Positions 51,591 through 64,000 of a DNA stretch of 64,000 bases are shown here, piece after piece (within the stretch, counting starts at the first letter, position 1; the number at the start of each line of letters is the position of its first letter). A program made the position numbers and the translations under genes. The notes below the pieces were generated by a model. The model saw nothing but the letters and a program-made list of their open reading frames with translations, did not search any database and was not told the DNA's origin. The DNA is from Octopus sinensis (Eukaryota): positions 19,728,464 through 19,792,463 of the forward strand of contig NC_043011.1 of assembly GCF_006345805.1 (NCBI RefSeq). Reading direction: 5' to 3'.

Positions 51591-52989
51591 ATATATATAC
51601 ATAATACATACATAGGTTTATTTTAAATCAAAGTTTAAATAGGAAACTTTAGATAGGAAAATGTAGTATCTAAAACCTTGTACTAGGTATATGCATAGTA
51701 GTGCGCCTCGGGGGCACGTTCAACACTTACGCCTTCGGTACTGCACTTACATCGCAGGATCTACCTGAGGAATTCCTCGGTACACTTTCATTATGTTTGA
51801 AATTTTTGATAGCGAACGCAGAGTGGACTATAAGTTTTATATAGCACGACGATCGATTAGGCGCGCCAGGATCTCAGAACGTATTATGAAATTTCTTATC
51901 AGATCTTTTGAAATATCAAACCTGTTCCGACAATTTTCGTTGTATCAATGGTAAAATAGAAAAAGAAAGGGCTTTAGTTGAAGTTAAAGTATCGGGGGGA
52001 GAACACGGAAAAGGTGTTTAAACGATTAATTGCTCTTAGAAATTCCACTGAGTTTCACAGGGATATAAGCTTAAAAGTTCGATGAAGCTCCTAACAATCA
52101 TATTTGCAACGTTCAGTAGTATTGGGTTATATCAACAATTAGATAGGATGAAGGTTTCAGAAAGTGTAAGAAAAGAAAGAGAAAAATAAAAAACAAGATA
52201 TTTTTTACAATTTCTATCGAAGTGCATGAAGGAGGCTTTTCAATCGTTTGTTTTGCTGGTTTGAGTTCAAATTGTTTGAAGTTAAAGTTGCTTTGTATAA
52301 CACTTTAACGTGAATAGTATTTACGGTGCTGTGATTTCGAAGTTCCCGTTAGCTAATCCATCAAAGTATTCAGTACATTTGAGTTCACTTTGGCTTTATA
52401 TAGTCTCTGTTAATTTAGAATTTGTGCGATTGGTGTAGAACTGTTGAATAATATTTACCTTGTAGGAAAAACGTTATTTATTAAAGTTGCTGTCGTGTTT
52501 ATCCATGCTTAACGATTTTATGAAAAGAAAAGGTGTCTCCGGATGTTAATCCAGCGTGAGCAGAAAGAGAAAACCATAGTGACAGTCAATGAGAAAGTGA
52601 GAGGAAAATAAAGATTGCACTTCACGATTCAGACAAAGGGCAATTTCATGGGTGGGGAGGATATGAAATATAAATGCTCAAGTATGGGAATGTATTCACT
52701 CCTAGAAGCGGAAAAAAGGGGAGCGGACTGTGTTTGGTTTTGTATGATGTGTTCGTGTGTAAAAGTGTGTAGTAATTAAATCAACCTTGTGAATTCAAAG
52801 TTATCGAAACGTTGTTAATACAAACGAAAGACTGCAATGTAAAATGACAATTATAGAATTTTAAGTGTTTTCTTTATAAAGACTGGCGATACTTTTTCAA
52901 GCAAGAATACCTCACAAAATCGTAGAGAAGAGAAAAATCACTATACGTTTACAAATTTAGAATACAGTGTGATTGTAGAGTGAATATCA

Positions 52990-55900
52990 CAATATTTGAG
53001 ATATATTAGGATCTGTCCACTGGAAAAAAAACTTATTGTGGACAATACAGGTGACAATTATTCCACTGATAGTTACGGGCACTCCAATGGATGCGAATAT
53101 GGCAATACGAAAGAATGGATGGTTAAAAGAATTAGAGCTAGAGCCATTAAGAGGATATCGGTTGAGGCTGGGCATGCGAAAAATGAAAGGGGTTTAGCGG
53201 AAGAGATGGACAATTGTTCGCAAGAATGCAATACCGTGAAATGTGAAAGAATTGAGATCAGTGACTACTATGAAGATCTGTTAATATGGACAGAATTTTG
53301 GATGTATTAAATACAGAAGGGAGAGAATTTCTGTGCACCTGTAAGAAGGCTAACAAATGGAGACTAAATCAACAAATAAAATTAATATAGTACTGAGGCA
53401 CATCGAAACAAAGAACATCACAGAAACAAATAATCTTATCAAGGCTGCTAGTAGGAGTGAGATGGAAAGGATGGAATTGAGAACCACTGAGAATAGATCA
53501 GCGATGGATAGAAGAGAAAATAAACAACTGTGGTGGAAAAGGCGAATTTATGAAGATACAAACTCCTTGATCAGCGTAGTGTCAATACGTGTCAGGAAAA
53601 GAAATGGAGACCTTAAAAATGAATAGAAATTCCAAACAGTTAGCAAGAAGTGTGGTGTAGATTCAAAAGGCCTGAATGTTGTAAATGAAGAACCGAAGCA
53701 GCGCATATATGCAAAACGCTGAGCTAGCTAGGTTTGAACAACGGATTAAGCATCAACATCAAAATAAAATTGCTTAGAACCGACCAAAAATATTTTACCA
53801 ACAAGAGATTACTGACGATATACAACGTAAAAGATTAGTCTCTCATGCTGATGAAAGTCGACTTTTCTGAAGTAAGCTTTTATGAAGTTTTTATGAAGTA
53901 AGCAAGAGCAACATAATACTAAAGCTGAATGGCACAGTAACCTGAAGAAAACAGCTTCTTATCCACTTGACAGTACACAGTATCAGAAATATAAGCATAA
54001 AGATAAGCATTTGGAAAGCAGCAGGGTGAGATGGTGTACAGGATTTTGGATAAAACAAAGTCTAGTAGTTGTCATAAATTGATCGCAGACCAATGTAATG
54101 CACTGAGAAATGGAGAAGAAATCACGACCTAGTTGGCAAAAGGACGAACCGTGTTGTGCCTGAAGGATACATCAAAGGGAAATGCTGCTGACATTTACAG
54201 ACAAATAACCTGCCCCCCGTTAATATGGAAGTTACTGCCAGGAGGAATTTTAGAATAACACTATAAATTTCTTGATGAGAACGCTAGATTACCGCCGGAA
54301 AAAAGGCTGTAGAAGTAGATGCAGAGGTACTACATATCAACTATTGTTAGACAAAATGGTAATGCAAGATTGTAAACGAAAGAGAACAAATCTGGGAATG
54401 GCCTGGATTGACTAACGCAAATCTTATGATACGATTCCACATTCGCGGACCATCGAGAGCCTAGATCTGTTTGGAATAGCAAGGAATGTAACGTGCTTCC
54501 TGACGAGAAGTATGGTGAGATGTGAAATTGAACTGATATCTTACGGAAAAAAAAGGTTGGACACCCTCGGTATCAGAAGAGGAATTTTCCAGGGTGACAG
54601 CCTATCTCCGTGGCTTTTCGTTTTCTGCATCATACACCTCACCTTGATACTCAGAAAAATGAACCTGGGGTACCAACTAAAGACAAATCCCAAACAATCA
54701 AGAACGTCCTCTTTATGGATGATTTGAAACTGTATTGCCCAGGTGAGACAAAAGTGAGTTTCTTGGTGAACACTGCCCACTATTTTAATACTGGTATTAG
54801 AATGGAATTTGAACTCAAGAAATGTGGAATAATCTTCATGAAAAGAGGCAAGGTAAGTTCCTACCAGGGATAGAATTACCAAACATAGACTTGATTAAGC
54901 AAATTGAAACTGGAGGATACAAATACCTTGGGGTACTAGAGTTCAATGAGATAATGTAAAAGGAAGTGAAAAAGCAACTGAAGATCGGGTATTTCGGAAG
55001 TCTGGGACTGGTGTTGCGCTCAAAATTGGAATAAAATCCAAGCAGGAAATAAGTATATGGTATCATCGCTTCAGAGAGAGATGAAGGAAATGGATAACAA
55101 GACCAGAAAATTATTGACAGTACACGTAGCCTATTTGTATTTGTCCAGAGGAAAGGGTAGGAGAGGTTTGATCAGTTGCCAGGACTGTATTGAAGCAGAA
55201 GAAAGCAGCCTAAGGTGGTATATAAAAATGTCGTGGAGCCTCTGTTGAAACACGAAGGCCAGCGTAATCAAAACTGAAAGTTGTTTAAGTAAAGAAAAAT
55301 TTAAACAAACAAGGAACCAAAAAATTAGGGAAAGCATGTAAGGAAAAGAAAATGTATGATCAGATTCCCAAGAGCTGTGAATGCCAAGACAGATACAGAG
55401 GACTGGTGACTACGGATGAGGAAGAGTGACCTGAAGATAGAGACAGAATCACCCATATGCGCAGCTTAGGAATAAGTGTTAAGGACCAATTATATGAAGT
55501 GCAGAATAGACAACTCTACCGATAGCGACGAATGCAGAGTGTGTGGTAAGAGGCGTGAAACAGTATGGCACATCGTTAACGAATGCCCGAAACTGGCACA
55601 AACGACGCTATGACAATGATCCATTGGGAACTCTGTGGAAATCACGATCTACAAAGAGCAAAGACGTGGTATGAGCAAACCCCAGAAGGAGTCACCAAGA
55701 ATGAGAATTGCAAACTTTTGTGGGATGTAATAATCCAGAGTGATCACCTGACCATACATCGGAACCGGGGCATTGATGTGGTGAATAAAAAGAAAGAACA
55801 TGTATGATAATGGACGTAGCATGCCCTGATGTCAACAGAATCAATGTGAAAGAAGAGGAAAAATAAACAACTATGATGATTTAAAGTGGGAAATACGAAG

Positions 55901-56167
55901 GTTGTGGCCAATGAGGAGAATAGACGTGATATCAATAGTAATTGGTGCACTTGAAAGTATCAGCACTCAACTACCAATATGACTGAAAAAGATCGGTGCA
56001 AGTGTGAGAAGGTAGAATACTTACAAATATCAGCATTGCTTGGAACTGCAAGAATTCTTCGCAGGGGTCTTGAAGCATGACCAGTAAACAAGTGTCGCCT
56101 TAGTCTGCTGGCTGTGGACAGGTGACACTATCCATCATACTCAGCAAAATAAGCTGCGAGATTCCAT

Positions 56168-56229
<62 letters not shown>
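52990..56229 (+). mobile_element. Decayed R4/Dong-like non-LTR retrotransposon (RT plus C-terminal zinc knuckle and RLE), about 3.2 kb, with (TAA)n tail
   Basis: [34 protein letters not shown] (54581), FMDDLKLY (54712), GYKYLGVLE, CRVCGKRRETVWHIVNEC (55533), KLLWD, DVACPD, SIVIGAL, ALLGTARILRR, then (TAA)n at 56169-56229. The 5' boundary is uncertain. Confidence 0.88.
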
Positions 56230-56230
<1 letters not shown>

Positions 56231-56318
56231 GTGATGATTATGATGATGATGAGGAAGAGGAGGAGGAGGAGGAAGAGGATGACGATGATGAGGATGATGA
56301 CAATGATGAGGATGATGA
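56169..56318. repeat. Compound (TAA)n-(GAT)n-(GAG)n-(GAT)n microsatellite
   Basis: Directly visible. Confidence 0.95.
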
Positions 56319-57713
56319 TGCAAATAATATACCACTTTCTATTAGATAGTAGGCATTTAGGTAAAGAAATAGAATGTACGTCGTGCGAATAATGAATAAC
56401 TTTGATAGAATCTGAAACATTTTTTAAAAAACAACCAAATTAGAAAAATAATGCTATCTGTAAATGAATAACCATAGCTTCTGGCTTCGAACTTATGATA
56501 GAGTTTGTTAGGGAAAGAAAGTTAAAAAAGAAATAGATATTATTTTAGAGATTAAATTTAAAGGAGATAGAATTAAATGTAATACTAATCATTGCTAAAT
56601 AAACAAATAAATAATTTTTTTTTTGTTAAGTCAAGATAACTGAGCAAAAGTTATTTAAAACCACGTAGATTTTGCTAAGCATTGCGGAGTTTTCAGACAA
56701 AGATATAGGTAAACTGGGAAAATTCTCAGTGTGCATAACATCTGTAACATCAAACGTTATATGCTCGAATTTAATTTTAAAAATATTGAGGAAAAGAATG
56801 TTTGGAATACTTCAAATAAAGTAAATGCAATGAACTTTGAGGAATGAAAACTCAATCCTCCAACTTCATTTAAGATAATATTTCCAAACTGTATTTATTA
56901 TGATAGTTTAACTGCTCTAGAGAATTTGCAACCATTAGCTAAGGATTTTGTTAGAAATAACAACCAGTTCTTTCTTTAAACCGTCCTTAACATCTTGGTA
57001 TGGAAAGAATATACTTGTTGATTTAATTCTGGATATATCTATACAGTCAAATATAGGGTGATCTTGGCTGCACGATATTTGACCAGAAGTTTGCTAAATC
57101 AAGCTTCATATAGAGTTATAACTCATTAACATTCACAATGGAAACCTGGCAAAATCCATTTAGAATAGCTAAAATATTAAGCCGTGCAAAATACATCAGG
57201 TAATATATACTTAGTTTCGGAGAAACCACACTGAAGGGATGATAAGAAAGCAATATCTAATTAAAATTATTAACCTAACGAGGACAAATTCGTTGAAGTT
57301 GATGATATCCTATACATAAACAGGAATGCATAGGATAAAAGAAACTCTAGTTGGTCGAATATGATATGTTTCCTCTCCCACCAATTATATAAGTCTGTAA
57401 ATAGAATCAAATGACAGAATAAAATTATAATAATATAACTCCAGAATATGAGGTTTCATGCATAGAGTCTGAGTCGAGAAGCTTACTAGTCATACTCTAT
57501 GCGGCAGGGCTATTTCTAATGAAGTTGCATATACATAAATGATTGCTTTTATGTTCGGTTGCAATAAAGACAATTTTACATTAATATTATGGGTTACTCT
57601 ATACTTTTGTAGAGTACACATTTATTATTCTAATACAAGAATGATGTTGATAGTGACTTCAAAGTTTCGGTTACACTAGCCATTTATAGGAAGCCACTGT
57701 CAGCAATATTATA

Positions 57714-57748
<35 letters not shown>

Positions 57749-57820
57749 GTTCTATAAATTATGTACGTTATTTACATTATTTACATATGACGGATATTTG
57801 TCCTCATCTTGTTTGTTGTT

Positions 57821-57860
57821 AACGTTTTGGTTGATATACCCTCCACCTTTTATCAGGTGT
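57821..57860 (-). ncRNA. Inactivated hammerhead relic in a (TA)n-bounded repeat
   Basis: Minus strand CTGATAA-AA-GGTGG-AGGGTATAT-CAACC-AAAAC-GTT: layout retained, G8 and G12 changed to A. Confidence 0.35.
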
Positions 57861-57928
57861 CTTGGGCAAATTTCGAACCTGCGTTTTCATTCCTAAGGTA
57901 TTCGAAAAATACATTAGGAATTATATAA

Positions 57929-57966
<38 letters not shown>

Positions 57967-57968
<2 letters not shown>

Positions 57969-58168
57969 GGAAAAAGTCAAGATAGAAAATGCTAAAATGA
58001 TTTTATAATTATTTAAAAATAATTTTATCATTTTCTATCTAGACTTTTTATCCATATATATCAACTCGTGTGTTCCTTTTCAACCTTCTACATACTGTGA
58101 CTCATCTTCCATGCAATGTTATTGGTCATCGCCGATAACGACGGACGAGCATTCATTCATATACATGC

Positions 58169-58199
<31 letters not shown>

Positions 58200-58405
58200 A
58201 TATGGGGAAAAAGTCAAGATAGAAAATGCTAAAATGATTTTATAATTATTTAAAAATAATTTTATCATTTTCTATCTAGACTTTTTATCCATATATATCA
58301 ACTCGTGTGTTCCTTTTCAACCTTCTACATACTGTGACTCATCTTCCATGCAATGTTATTGGTCATCGCCGATAACGACGGACGAGCATTCATTCATATA
58401 CATGC
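57967..58405. repeat. Tandem duplication (period 237) of a 202-bp unit with a (TA)n spacer; each copy holds a 34-bp-arm hairpin
   Basis: 57967-58168 and 58204-58405 appear identical by eye. Confidence 0.93.
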
Positions 58406-58447
<42 letters not shown>

Positions 58448-59516
58448 ATGTGTTTTTTTGGGGGGTGGGGGTGTATGTGTGCGTTCGTGTGTGTGCGTCT
58501 GTGTAGGTGTATGTACTTGCTTGCAGCGATTGTAAATAAAGAATATACTTTAAAGAAAGTCCCCAAATAATTTCTTCCCATTATCTTTGCTTTTTGCTCT
58601 AGAAAGCTGTTACTAAATCACGACTTACTCGAGCAATAGAAAAGTTCAAAATAAGATACGTATAAGCATGTTTTTAATGCAATAACTTTGAAGATAGGCT
58701 GCTTAAATAATTTTATATCCTGAATTAGGCAGCATTTTGTGAGAAGGTTTTGGCATCGACACCAAGACATGTCAAGAATCTAAAATGTTACAAGACAATT
58801 ACATCCTTTGTAAACTGTAAAAAGATTGCTGAGAAATGTCGTTACGGTACGCACTTTTCAGAGCTAATAGCACTGTAGAACACAAATAAAAACGTACAAT
58901 AATATATGAGTAATATTACCATCTATGTATTGATGTTAAAAGAGAGTCTTAAGATCCTTTACGTCTGTGAGAAATGTACATTGATGTTTGTGTATTTCAG
59001 TAGACTTCTGTATTAAGATGAAGAAAAGCAATCTGACATTTTGATGCCGTACCTTCATCTGAAAGACAAAGATGTCTTGAACCGACAGGTTTGAAGTAGG
59101 TTTCAGAATATATAAATTTGAAGGAAAGGTAGAAAGGAAGATTATGTATGCGAAGAATGTATACATAGCATCAAATATAGTAAGTTACAAGTGTGTTTCT
59201 CTCCGACGTCACTCTGGTCTGTGGGAAGTTGAAACGACAAAGGAAGAGGAAGTAATTGATGGTAGCAGATGTGAAGCGTAGGAGGCGGGGAGAAAAATAG
59301 TTGAAAACAAAAAAAAATGTCACTTGAATTTACATAATGGAATTTCATACACACGAGCACACGTGCGCGCGCGAACAACGTACATACATGTACAGACACA
59401 GACGGAAACAAACCCACGCACAGGAGTTCGAGGTCACGCTGTCAAATGAGACAAAGTGATTCAGTCTCAAAGAAAATAATCTTTTCCGTCATGTTTTATG
59501 TTGAAAATCTGATCAA

Positions 59517-59935
59517 GCGCAGGAGTGGCTGTGTGGTAAGTAGCTTCCTTACCAACCACATGGTTCCGGGTTCAGTCCCACTGCGTGGCATCTTGGGCAA
59601 GTGTCTTCTGCTATAGCCCCGGGCCGACCAAAGCCTTGTGAGTGGATTTGGTAGACGGAAACTGAAAAGAAGCCTGTCGTATATATATATATATATGTAT
59701 GTGTGTGTATGTGTTTGTGTGTCTGTGTTTGTCCCCCTAGCATTGCATGACAACCGATGCTGGTGTGTTTATGTCCCCGTCACTTAGCGGTTCGGCAAAA
59801 GAGACCGATAGAATAAGTACTGGGCTTACAAAGAATAAGTCCCGGGGTCGGGTTGCTCGATTAAAGGCGGTGCTCCAGCATGGCCGCAGTCAAATGACTG
59901 AAACAAGTAAAAGAGTAAAAGAGTAAAGAGAGTAA
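59517..59935 (+). mobile_element. Full-length SINE family A
   Basis: Collinear with the other family-A copies; (GAGTAAAA)n tail. Confidence 0.93.
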
Positions 59936-60227
59936 GTATTATTACATCTAGTCCTTATATTTAACCTAACAACCTATTTGTATTACTTGTATCGCATACT
60001 TCACTAGAATTTATACCCATAATTTACATAACAATAGTGTTAAAATTAAGATTCTCTTATCTTTCAATAAACACAACTGCTTTACTGATATATCTGTCCT
60101 TTATAGTGAAGATATTTATTTTGAAGTGCTTCAAAGAATCTGCTCAGTATAGTAGCAGTATCTCATCTCTAAGGCATAGAATAGTAACCGAAACACCAGT
60201 GTTTGCCTCATCGTCCATTGAATTTCA

Positions 60228-60425
60228 GGGGTGCGCTGGCAGAATCGTTAGCACGCCGTGTAATAAATTTAGCAGCATTTCGTCTACCTTACGTTCTGAG
60301 TTCAAATTCCACCGAAGTCGACTTCATCTTTCATCCTTTCGGGATCAACAAAATAAGTACCATTCGCGTACTGGGGCCGATGTGATCGTCCGTCACGCTC
60401 CCCAGAACTTGCCTAAATTTGAATT
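60228..60425 (+). mobile_element. SINE family B
   Basis: GCGCTGGCAGAATCGTTAGCACGCCG...GAGTTCAAATTCCACCGAAGTCGAC. Confidence 0.85.
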
Positions 60426-60457
60426 CAGTTTAAGGAGGCAACACCGACAAAAATGAT

Positions 60458-60533
60458 ATTTAGCCATGGAATTAAACCCACGATCTAGCGATCATGAGTG
60501 TACCAGCCCCACCACTAGGCCACGCACCTTCAC
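60458..60533 (-). mobile_element. tRNA-like SINE head fragment
   Basis: Minus strand GTGAAGGTGCGTGGCCTAGTGG...GTGGGTTTAATTCC. Confidence 0.6.
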
Positions 60534-61613
60534 ACACGCACACACAAACACACACACATCTGTGTGTGTGTGTGCGCGCGTAAACTCTTAAAGTACACTA
60601 CAGATATTGCTTTTTTCTTGATATAAAACACTCCTTAGATCTTTATTTCACCCCAATTTCCAAAATTGAGTCATATTACCATTAATGAAATAACTAAAAA
60701 TCCTAATGGCATTTACTCCTTATATTTCAATTATCGAATCTGCAAGAGAAAAATAGATTGAATAATCCAATCACTCATCTAAGTTATTTGTCAACTCCAC
60801 TCCCAATAATTTTACACTCTGTTTCAAATCACACGCGTATGTTTCGAAATCTCAGAAGTAACGATTCGGGATGTCTGTTTCATAATATAACACAGTATCA
60901 AAGAAACACAAAAAAATATTTTAAAATGACCTTGAAATGCCCTTATAGCTAAGAAATTAAAAGTCAGTTTTACTAAAGGTCTTAAACGCAACAAACTCTC
61001 AGAGAGTCACTCTTACCAAAAATGAAATATATAAATATGTAGTCATCTCGAACTCTTTACACAGCATAATATACAATATCACATTGTAGTTTCTATAACT
61101 TTCGACATAATTGTTTTAGTATCCTACTCACTGAAGCGAACGTGTGTTCTAGTCCCATGATGTACCGCATAATATGTATTTCATTTATAGGCATTACAAG
61201 CTTCCATTTAGCTAAATTATATTTTACTGGTTAAACCTATTATACTCTTGTATTACATTTGAGGATTTCTGTTTTTAAACTTTATTACTGATGTGTTTTA
61301 TTCTATCCGCTATCATATCATTACCTAACTTTACGTACACATTATACATTTTACATTTTTTAAATTTACGTCTATACAAAATATTTGCTTATCTCCTACA
61401 AGTTATTTTGCAGGAGGTTTAGTAATTTTTCCGATTATATTTTTCCCCATTCTTTCCATTTCCATACGCACATATTTCTTATACATTTATTTCAATTTAC
61501 ATTCGCTCCAATTATGTATGTATTAGTATAAGAATCTGCGTATACTTTTGTCTATATGTATAAATATATGTGTGTATGTGTTGGCACATATTATATATAT
61601 ATATATGTGTGTG

Positions 61614-61688
<75 letters not shown>

Positions 61689-62149
61689 GGCGTATATGTT
61701 AGGAAATAAATTATCTCATATAAGAATTACCTCTTTGTTCGCAGAATTAATTCTACACGAATTTCCAACATATACATTAAAAGTAAACGCATCATTCATA
61801 TACATTACATTTACCTGTTATCTTTACTTTGAATTATTTCATTACCGACGCAAAGAGATATATTTCATAGATTGCAGAAATGTTACTTTATAAATAATTA
61901 AATTTATTTTACGTATTATAATAATATTCGTGGCAAAATGCTTTGAATATATTTCCGTAATAAATGACACGAGGGGAATTTCAGAAGATATCACCCTATT
62001 TTTTTAGGATAGGCAATTATACATGCCTTGGATTGTTCTAATCTTAATATACCATTAGTGTACATTATTAGACATCTAGTAAGCAGAACTGCCTGATTTG
62101 TTTTTATTCCAGATTGAAGAGAACGACTGTTACAATAATTATAACACTC

Positions 62150-63030
62150 TCTACTAAACACAGTTGACTAGTTTGCAAAAAGCGGTCATGTCGTGAAGAC
62201 AATTTGGAAGTTTGCTATGGAAAACATTTCTGTTTTGAACAGAAATTTATGAAAGGTTTCAAACTGCCTATACATTAAAGACAACTGTTTTTTGCTGGGA
62301 TAAGAGTTTTTGTGGTGTGAGGGACGATGAGAGGTATGAGGAGGAGAAAAACGTCAGCATATTAGAACCGGTTCAGAAAATTCGCAAATCTGTAGATAAA
62401 GACCAGCATCTATGTATAGACACGATAAGCATACAGATTTGACCACGAAGGTAAGGCAAAGCAAACCCACTAGGATGGCCAAGATACAATTTTCGACAGC
62501 GAGAGCATCGTCTACATCCACTGGTTTTCCTTTGGCCAGACAGGTTGCAAAACTTATTTTGTAGAGGTTTTGAAAGAGTTTAGGAAGTGATTTCATCGCA
62601 AAACGCTAAACAGTTTCCAATCAAGTCGGTGGCCCCTGCAACGGGGCAATGTACCAGACCAGAAATCCATACTGGTGACGAACTACTTGAAATAGATATT
62701 CATCGAAATTGTTCCTAACCACACCACATTCCCCACCTTACTTCCCGCGACACTTGATTTTTTTCCTTAAGCTGAAAGAGAACCTCAAGATCTTTCGTTT
62801 TGAAGACTTTGAGAAGATGAGGTAGGTTATGGTAAGGTTCCTGGAGAACTTCACTTTGGAAGAATTCCAGGGAGCCTTCACAAAGTTGTTGGAGGGACAC
62901 AATAATGTATGAAAATCCGAGGATCCTACTTCGAAGGAGATTAATGTTAGGGGTTTTATTTATTTATTTATTTGAAATTGATAAATATTGCAACTGAAAG
63001 AAGTTTCAAAACTTCTGCAATGCACCTTGT
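62150..63030 (+). mobile_element. Decayed mariner with recognisable right end
   Basis: Transposase-like C-terminal remnants (FFLKLKENLK...FEDFEKM, FTKLLEGHN) and a terminus AAAACTTCTGCAATGCACCTTG. Confidence 0.65.
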
Positions 63031-64000
63031 TATATGCCATTATTCTTTAATAACAAATTCCAAATAAATACCCACTAGTTGATATATGAAACTTCCCTCA
63101 ACAACCAACCCTTTTTTTATCAACTTCACCTATGTAAATATTATTCAAAAATATCTACCATTGCCCTTATATTTACTACTATTAGGACTAAATATATTAA
63201 GTATAACTAAATGCACAATCCCATACCTAAGCGTATTTTCTTAAGCACTTTAAAACATTAGACGCCTTACAAAAAGTGATATGGTACTCATGCTAATTTT
63301 AAGATTCTCATTGGTAATACACTGGAATCGTTTCCTAACACATAATAGTGCTTCGAAATTGCAATTTCATGAATCATTCCTGAACATAATTATACTCATT
63401 TTCTCATTTTTTTAATTACACGTATACATGGCACTTCAATGGTGGTGTTATACACGATTTCGTGGATCTAAAAAATACAGTGAACCACAGTTATCCTCAC
63501 AGTGCAACTTATAATCAACAAAGGAACTGAACTTAGCGAAAATATATCCTTCACTTTTACTTTATACATTGTACGTTTTTCCAATGAAAACAAGAGAGAA
63601 ATTTGCAAGGCAGCTTACTGATAACTCAGCGAAGTGCTTCAGACACCATTTGCAGTTGATAATTTTTTAAAACTAAAATACACCCAATTGCACACACACG
63701 CCCAGTCAGTACTTCTAGACAGCTTTGAAAATGTTTAGGCCATTGACAAACACATCGTGCTACTGATAATACTATGTATATGAATGTCAATTCAGCTGTA
63801 ATAACGTAATAATAACTGTAATAAGCCAATAAGAGAGCCTTTGCAAGGGCATATGACATGCTAGAAATATCAGCGAAACTGCCTTTGAATTGCTCACCGG
63901 TCAGTTGAAACTGGATAGCGAAATGAAGTGATATTAACCTAGATGATATAGTCCGAATGCTTTTGGTTATTATTACTAACTAAAAGCATGCAATAACTTA

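Noticed and set aside
52230-52420. Second PLE GIY-YIG domain (minus strand RLYKAKVNSN...GLANGNFE)
   Set aside because: Suggestive but too degraded and frameshifted to call without an alignment.
56122-56420. Poly-N/D/E, poly-H/P/Y and poly-S ORFs
   Set aside because: Frames through a compound triplet microsatellite.

Overview
AT-rich animal DNA dense in microsatellites and transposon relics. The tRNA-headed SINE families, the (TA)n density and the element mix suggest a cephalopod (octopus-like) genome; this is an inference. I found no intact or recognisable host gene, no RNA gene and no CRISPR array. Nearly all supplied ORFs are microsatellite or TE artefacts. Recognisable content: three SINE families, CR1-like, RTE and R4/Dong-like (RLE) LINE relics, mariner/Tc1 relics, a fold-back MITE, a Helitron helicase relic and Penelope-like element (PLE) RT and GIY-YIG fragments. 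The most notable signal is at 41924-43401. A 644-bp unit carrying a hammerhead-ribozyme (HHR) motif occurs twice, head-to-head and nearly identical. Each copy is more than one unit long and starts at a different point of the unit, as expected from a circular or multimeric template. The whole structure sits in a (TA)n tract beside a PLE endonuclease relic. Further HHR-like motifs in (TA)n-bounded repeats point to a retrozyme-like or PLE-parasitic family. All alignments, folds and translations were done by eye, so TE boundaries are approximate.
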